From assembly GCA_046758705.1 (NCBI GenBank), contig JBHIAT010000050.1, positions 1 to 21,358 on the forward strand: a stretch of DNA of 21,358 bases, in the 5' to 3' direction. Position numbers and translations under genes: made by a program. The notes under the pieces are model-generated. The model was given only the letters and a program-made list of their open reading frames with translations, searched no databases and was not told the DNA's origin. Positions within the stretch are counted from its first letter, which is position 1; every line of letters begins with the position of its first letter. Below are positions 16,799 through 21,358 of this stretch, in pieces. Source of the DNA: Candidatus Bipolaricaulia bacterium. Lineage in GTDB: Bacteria > Bipolaricaulota > Bipolaricaulia > JBHIAT01.

Positions 16799-18328
16799 AT
16801 GAGGAAGAGATTTCGGTTCGGCAATCTGAGTCTGAGAACCAAACTGATCAGCGCGTTGATCCTGTTCACCGTCCTGGGGGCGGTCTCGTTCGGGGCGATC
16901 ACGATCAACCGGCTGTCGGTGCGGCTGGAGAACCAGGTGCGCGATCGAGGTATCGCCCTGATCGACGATCTGGTGGTGCACTTCGTCCAACCGACGGCGC
17001 AGGGGGACGACTTTGAGTTCCTGATCAACAGCATCGTTGGGGACGACATACTCTATATCCAGGTCGTGCGCTACGGCGGGGTGCTGTACGAGATCCGGGC
17101 GGCTAACGTCCAGGGCCAGATCCCGATCGAGGATCCTCCCTCCCAGATGGTGGTTCGACGGGGGAAGTTGCAAGATGGCACGTGGTTCTTTGATATCCAG
17201 CGGCCGCTTCCCGATCAGTTGACGGAGCACCCGGGGTTGAGCTATACGGCCACGACCATGACCGTTCAGGTCTCACGCAGGCCCAACTACATCCGGCTTG
17301 GGATCTCCCTCGTCCTTGTCCAGCAGGAGTTGCGTGCCGAGATGATCCGCATCGTGGCGGTGAGCCTCGGATTCATCACCGTTGGGGTCGGGATCGTCTT
17401 ACTGCTCAACCGGATGATCCTGGGGCCGGTGGGGACACTGACCGAGACGGTGAGGCGCTTCGGAAGCGGAGAGCTAAGCACCCGGGCCCAGGTGGAGAGC
17501 GGAGATGAGTTCGAGACCCTGGCCCATGAGTTCAACCGAATGGCCGACTCCCTGGAGGAGCGGGACCGGCACCTGGAGGAGATCAACCGGAAGCTAGCGC
17601 GGGCCAACCGGGTGAAATCGGAGTTCCTGACGATGATGGGGCATGAACTGATAACTCCCCTCCACTCGATCCGGGGCTACTCCCAACTGCTGCTCGAGGG
17701 GATCGACGGACCGATCAACGAGACACAACGTGACGACCTACGGGCGATTCTGAACGCCGGAGACCACCTATTGGATCTCATCGACAATATCCTGCGGTTC
17801 TCTGAACTGGAGGCGGGCGAAGAGCGGTTGCATCCGGGGGTGCTTCGGGTGGGACAGGTGGTGGAGGAGGCGATCCAGAGCGTCAGCTCACTCGCCCGGG
17901 AAAAGGGGCTCGAACTGCGTACCGAGGTTGGGCTCGACCGGATGACGGCGGATGGGACGAAGCTTAAGCAGATCTTGATCAACCTGCTCGACAACGCGAT
18001 CAAGTACACCCAGGCCGGGACGGTAACCGTCCGGGTCGAGCGGGAGAACGGTCAAGTCCACTTCTCCGTGACCGATACAGGGATCGGCATTCCTGAGGAA
18101 GCGCTGCCCCAGCTGTTCGAGCCGTTCACCCAGGTTGACAGCTCATCGACCCGGGAGGTCAACGGTATCGGCCTCGGGCTCGCCATCGTCAAACGGTACG
18201 TCGAGATGCACGGCGGAGAGATCCAGGTGGAGAGTCAACTCGGCGAGGGGAGCACATTCCACGTCATCCTGCCAGGGGCGATCGATTACGGAAACGGAAC
18301 AGGTGGGGAGGGGGCCGCGAACACATGA
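16799..18328 (+). CDS. Membrane sensor histidine kinase (2 TM, HAMP, HisKA, HATPase_c)
   Basis: Start placed at ATG 16799 (GGAG at 16786-16789; the ORF track starts at 16766). TM segments LISALILFTVLGAVSFGAITI and IVAVSLGFITVGVGIVLLL; HAMP DEFETLAHEFNRMADSL; H-box GHELITPL; N-box LINLLDNAIKYT; DTGIGI, LFEPF, GIGLGL. Confidence 0.93.
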   Translation: MRKRFRFGNLSLRTKLISALILFTVLGAVSFGAITINRLSVRLENQVRDRGIALIDDLVVHFVQPTAQGDDFEFLINSIVGDDILYIQVVRYGGVLYEIRAANVQGQIPIEDPPSQMVVRRGKLQDGTWFFDIQRPLPDQLTEHPGLSYTATTMTVQVSRRPNYIRLGISLVLVQQELRAEMIRIVAVSLGFITVGVGIVLLLNRMILGPVGTLTETVRRFGSGELSTRAQVESGDEFETLAHEFNRMADSLEERDRHLEEINRKLARANRVKSEFLTMMGHELITPLHSIRGYSQLLLEGIDGPINETQRDDLRAILNAGDHLLDLIDNILRFSELEAGEERLHPGVLRVGQVVEEAIQSVSSLAREKGLELRTEVGLDRMTADGTKLKQILINLLDNAIKYTQAGTVTVRVERENGQVHFSVTDTGIGIPEEALPQLFEPFTQVDSSSTREVNGIGLGLAIVKRYVEMHGGEIQVESQLGEGSTFHVILPGAIDYGNGTGGEGAANT

Positions 18329-19008
18329 AGATCCTGGTCGCCGAGGACGACCCGGGGGCACGGAAGCTGCTGCGCAAGTTTCTGACGGCTGAGGGTCATC
18401 AGGTGATTACTGCTGAGGATGGACTGGAGGCGATCGAGCGATTCTTCACCGGGTCCCCTGATCTCGTCCTGCTCGACCTGATGATGCCGAAGGTCGACGG
18501 CTGGGAGGTGCTGGAGCGGATCCGGAACGCCAGCGAGACGCCGGTCATCATGTTGACGGTCCGAGGAGCGACCGAAGACAAGGTGCGCGGTCTCTCTGCC
18601 GGGGTCGACGATTACATCACCAAGCCGTTCGATCTGCGCGAGGTCGCTGCCCGCATCGAGGCGGTGATGCGCCGCTATCGGGGGGAGGGTAGGGACGAAG
18701 CAGGGGAGTCGGTGTTAGAGCTCGGGGATTTGGTCATCGACGATGCCAGCAAGGAGGTCCGGGTGCGCGGTCAGCTCGTCGGACTCTCCCCGAAAGAGTA
18801 TGAGCTGTTGAAGTTGCTCGCCTCCAAGCCGGGACGGGTCTTCTCCAACGAGGAGATTCTGGAGGCGGTCTGGCCGGAGCGGGGGTATGCCTCCGCCGAG
18901 GACGTGAAGAAGTACGTCTATCTGTTGCGCAACAAGGTCGAGGTGAATACCGAACAACCGGAGTTGATCGTGACCGTCCGGGGGTTCGGCTACAAGCTCG
19001 CCGTTTAG
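18325..19008 (+). CDS. OmpR/PhoB-family response regulator
   Basis: KILVAEDD, LLDLMMP, YITKPF; winged helix LSPKEYELL…TVRGFGYKL; ATGA overlap with the kinase stop. Confidence 0.95.
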   Translation: MKILVAEDDPGARKLLRKFLTAEGHQVITAEDGLEAIERFFTGSPDLVLLDLMMPKVDGWEVLERIRNASETPVIMLTVRGATEDKVRGLSAGVDDYITKPFDLREVAARIEAVMRRYRGEGRDEAGESVLELGDLVIDDASKEVRVRGQLVGLSPKEYELLKLLASKPGRVFSNEEILEAVWPERGYASAEDVKKYVYLLRNKVEVNTEQPELIVTVRGFGYKLAV

Positions 19009-19027
19009 AACAGCTTTAAGGGAAAGC

Positions 19028-19672
19028 ATGCACCTAAAATTGGAGCAATTCATCGGGTTTCTGGAGTCCAACCTCTACTTGGTCGTCGATGACACGATCC
19101 GGGAGGCGGTCCTGATCGACGCCGGTGGCGGTGCCGACGAGGTCGTCCGCCGGTTGGAGCAGGCTGGACTCAAACTCAACGCGATCCTGCTCACCCACGC
19201 CCACGTCGACCACGTCCTGGCGGTGGATCAAATCCGAGAGGCGACCGGCGCCCCCGCCTACCTCCATCCGGATGATCTGCCTGTCTTGGAGGCGATGCAG
19301 GAGCGGGGACGGGAGTTCCTCGGTATCGAGCTGCCCCCACCGCCGAGCGTCGACAAGTTCTACAAGGACGGTGACGAGTTCCCGATCGGGGATGCGTCGT
19401 TTCGGATCATCCACACACCGGGTCACTCGCCGGGGGGCATCTGTCTCTACGAGCCCGAGGGGAAGATCTTATTTAGCGGGGACACGCTATTCTGGAGGAG
19501 CGTGGGTCGAACCGATCTGGGGGGCTCTTGGGAAGATCTAGTCCGTTCTATCCGAGACAAGCTGTTTGAACTGCCCGATGAGATCGTCGTCTATCCGGGG
19601 CACGGGCCGGAGACGTCCATCGGAGAGGAGCGCCGCACCAACCCGTTCGTGGGCGAGGGGAACGAATTCTAA
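19028..19672 (+). CDS. MBL-fold metallo-hydrolase (glyoxalase II / YcbL-like)
   Basis: THAHVDH (HxHxDH), HTPGHSPG, FSGDTLF…GRTDL, YPGHG…TSIGEE…NPF. Confidence 0.93.
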   Translation: MHLKLEQFIGFLESNLYLVVDDTIREAVLIDAGGGADEVVRRLEQAGLKLNAILLTHAHVDHVLAVDQIREATGAPAYLHPDDLPVLEAMQERGREFLGIELPPPPSVDKFYKDGDEFPIGDASFRIIHTPGHSPGGICLYEPEGKILFSGDTLFWRSVGRTDLGGSWEDLVRSIRDKLFELPDEIVVYPGHGPETSIGEERRTNPFVGEGNEF

Positions 19673-19732
19673 CGTTCTGGGATCGCCCTGTCGCTTCATT
19701 TAACTGCTTTTTTGATGAGGCAATTCGAGGTG

Positions 19733-19763
19733 TTGCAAAAGGGTGAGAAAATTGGTGTATAAT
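19733..19763 (+). promoter_or_regulatory. Candidate sigma70 promoter for the terminal three-gene module
   Basis: Perfect TATAAT at 19758-19763; TTGCAA at 19733-19738, though the 19-nt spacer is long. Confidence 0.5.
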
Positions 19764-19866
19764 CATGGGTGGTTGAGGCCCCTGCACCGTGCTTCAGGTA
19801 GCCTGAATTCAGTGAACTACAAGCTATTCGGCAGGGGAAAATCGATCAACGCCTGGGAGAAAGTGT

Positions 19867-20571
19867 ATGCATCCTGATAGCCGTCAGATAATCTATATGG
19901 GCATTAACTTCGTTATGTCTCCAATGCCTACTATCGATATGCAGAGCAACCTGAACTTTCAACAATCCCTTGTTAAGCAAGGAATTGACTTCACCAAGGC
20001 TGAACTCAAGGAACGAGAGATTGTCGTGGTTCGTGAGGCACTAGCACGTCTGGAAATAAAGGTGGCAGCAGTTAGCCCTCCATCAATTGGTCAGCTTCTG
20101 ATTGTGGCTCCGCGACGTGACTTGACCTTGTTTGCCAAAGAAGCACAAGCTATTGTTGAAGCATTTGATTCGACTTGGCCAGCGAAGAACAGACAAGTAA
20201 TCTCCAGCGACGCTACTCTTCGTGATCTCTATGAAACTTCTGCTGAACACGCCTTCCAGGAGCTATGGGAAATGCATCTGGGCCAATCGCGGGCAGCACT
20301 CTCAGCGCTAGGACGGCCCGTTCTCGGTGGTGGCCTCAGATTCGTCATGCCTCCACAGCCGGATGACTCTGAGCCAGTCCAAATAGAGGTGAAAATAGAA
20401 TCTTTCTTGAGAGATACGAGAAAGATCTATGTGGAAACCCAATTTAAGTGGCCTCAGCCGATGCCTCCAGGGACACCGCTGGACCCAGAGAATCGGCTGA
20501 ATCAGGTTAACGACTACGTCAAAAGTGAAGTCATTTCATTTATAGTGGGAGGTTCCCATGACCGCAGTTGA
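19867..20571 (+). CDS. Hypothetical alpha/beta protein, 234 aa, first gene of a toxin-antitoxin-like operon
   Basis: GGGAGA RBS upstream; overlaps the next ORF by 14 nt; more A/T-ending codons than upstream genes; no motif I can firmly assign. Confidence 0.75.
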   Translation: MHPDSRQIIYMGINFVMSPMPTIDMQSNLNFQQSLVKQGIDFTKAELKEREIVVVREALARLEIKVAAVSPPSIGQLLIVAPRRDLTLFAKEAQAIVEAFDSTWPAKNRQVISSDATLRDLYETSAEHAFQELWEMHLGQSRAALSALGRPVLGGGLRFVMPPQPDDSEPVQIEVKIESFLRDTRKIYVETQFKWPQPMPPGTPLDPENRLNQVNDYVKSEVISFIVGGSHDRS

Positions 20572-20836
20572 CAGTCGAACGCCAACGGTCGAACACGAGG
20601 CTTTCGTATATGTTACCTCCGAGCCAAAAGACAGTGAGTGGGGGCAACCAGCCGCCAGTTACTACGAGTTCACAACGGTCGGCACCACGCTGCGCGGCCA
20701 ACTAATTGCGGAGGTCTACTTGGCATCATCATCTTCGGATATTCCCCCCATTGATTTGCACCTTGCCGCAGAATTGGAGGCCTGGGACGCCGCGAGTGAT
20801 GAGGCCCTGGCTAACTTTGAGGCAACGCTGGACTGA
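20558..20836 (+). CDS. Putative antitoxin, 92 aa, acidic
   Basis: RBS GGGAGG at 20547-20552; ends 3 nt before the MazF-like gene; acidic C-terminal helix AAELEAWDAASDEALANFE resembles antitoxin tails seen beside PemK/MazF toxins (by-eye recollection). Confidence 0.6.
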   Translation: MTAVDSRTPTVEHEAFVYVTSEPKDSEWGQPAASYYEFTTVGTTLRGQLIAEVYLASSSSDIPPIDLHLAAELEAWDAASDEALANFEATLD

Positions 20837-20839
20837 CAC

Positions 20840-21190
20840 ATGGCACGCGGTGACGTCTTACGCGTTAAGCTTCCACTCCCACCAGGCGGTGCAGGGCGTG
20901 AGCAGGCAGGGCGCAGGCCAGCGATCGCTGTCCAAACCGATGTCACAAGCGCGAACTTGCCAACGCTTATGATAGTCCCTTTAACTGGACAACTTAGTGC
21001 GTTACGTTTCCCTCACACCATTCGAGTCGAGCCATCAAACACAAATGGACTCAACCAGCCATCGGTCCTATTGGTCTTTCAGCTCCGCGCCATTGATCAG
21101 CGGCGAATTATTGAGGTGATCGGCCGTCTTGAGGAAGAGTACCTCGATCAACTGGATGCCGAAATGCGACGGCTGTTGAGCCTCGAATAA
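20840..21190 (+). CDS. PemK/MazF-family endoribonuclease toxin
   Basis: RGDV…GREQAGRRPAIAVQ, IVPLT, NGLNQPS…QLRAIDQRRI…IGRL; 116 aa. Confidence 0.92.
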   Translation: MARGDVLRVKLPLPPGGAGREQAGRRPAIAVQTDVTSANLPTLMIVPLTGQLSALRFPHTIRVEPSNTNGLNQPSVLLVFQLRAIDQRRIIEVIGRLEEEYLDQLDAEMRRLLSLE

Positions 21191-21262
21191 GCTTCAAGCT
21201 GACTGCTGAGGCAAGTGCCAGAACGCGCCTGATGCTCCTAAGAGCGTAAGACACTTTGAGAG

Positions 21263-21286
21263 AACCCGCCCAAGTGGCAGGTTTTT
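21263..21286 (+). terminator. Weak candidate intrinsic terminator
   Basis: AACC-C-GCC CAAGT GGC-A-GGTT followed by TTT; one stem mismatch. Confidence 0.35.
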
Positions 21287-21308
21287 GGTTGACACTAAGG
21301 AGGATTCC

Positions 21309-21358
21309 ATGGCCCTCGGTGATTCGAGAACCAGCAAGGTCCGAATTGGCGATCCAGC
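21309..21358 (+). CDS. 5' fragment of a gene running off the window (MALGDSRTSKVRIGDP…)
   Basis: AAGGAGG RBS 5 nt before an ATG at 21309; frame open to the window edge. Confidence 0.5.
   Translation, partial: MALGDSRTSKVRIGDP

Noticed and set aside
16624-17049. 142-aa N-terminal extension of HtrA in the ORF track
   Set aside because: It overlaps the opposite-strand kinase and the regulatory region; the strong RBS and signal peptide start at 16623.
17641-17665. Kinase H-box HELITPL instead of HELRTPL as a sign of inactivity
   Set aside because: The His, Glu, Thr, Pro and all ATP-binding boxes are intact; a single substitution is not enough evidence.
19768-19853. Identifying the structured leader as SRP RNA, 6S RNA or tRNA
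   Set aside because: No SRP GGAA-loop domain motif, too short for 6S, and no cloverleaf or T-loop.

Overview
GC-rich bacterial window built around protein quality control. The core is a six-gene operon (4189-10940, +): arc/mpa AAA+ ATPase, dop, a 59-aa ubiquitin-like tag that the ORF track missed (7543-7722, ending -YRQRSGE, i.e. UBact-type rather than actinobacterial Pup), prcB, prcA and pafA. Upstream and divergent is a single 1193-aa protein (4xGAF-HisKA_3-HATPase-REC-LuxR HTH) whose GAF pair is duplicated at a 1083-bp offset. Downstream lie a 1364-aa secreted protein with outer-membrane-barrel features (SprA-like motifs plus an inserted beta-propeller), an HtrA/DegP protease divergent from a HAMP sensor kinase and OmpR-type regulator with four 11-bp-phased boxes between them, and an MBL-fold hydrolase. 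The window ends in a more AT-rich three-gene module (234-aa hypothetical, 92-aa antitoxin-like, MazF/PemK toxin) preceded by a structured leader. The UBact tag and the outer-membrane-type protein suggest a diderm, non-actinobacterial host (e.g. Bipolaricaulota/Acetothermia-like; inference only). All calls come from reading motifs by eye; no searches were run.
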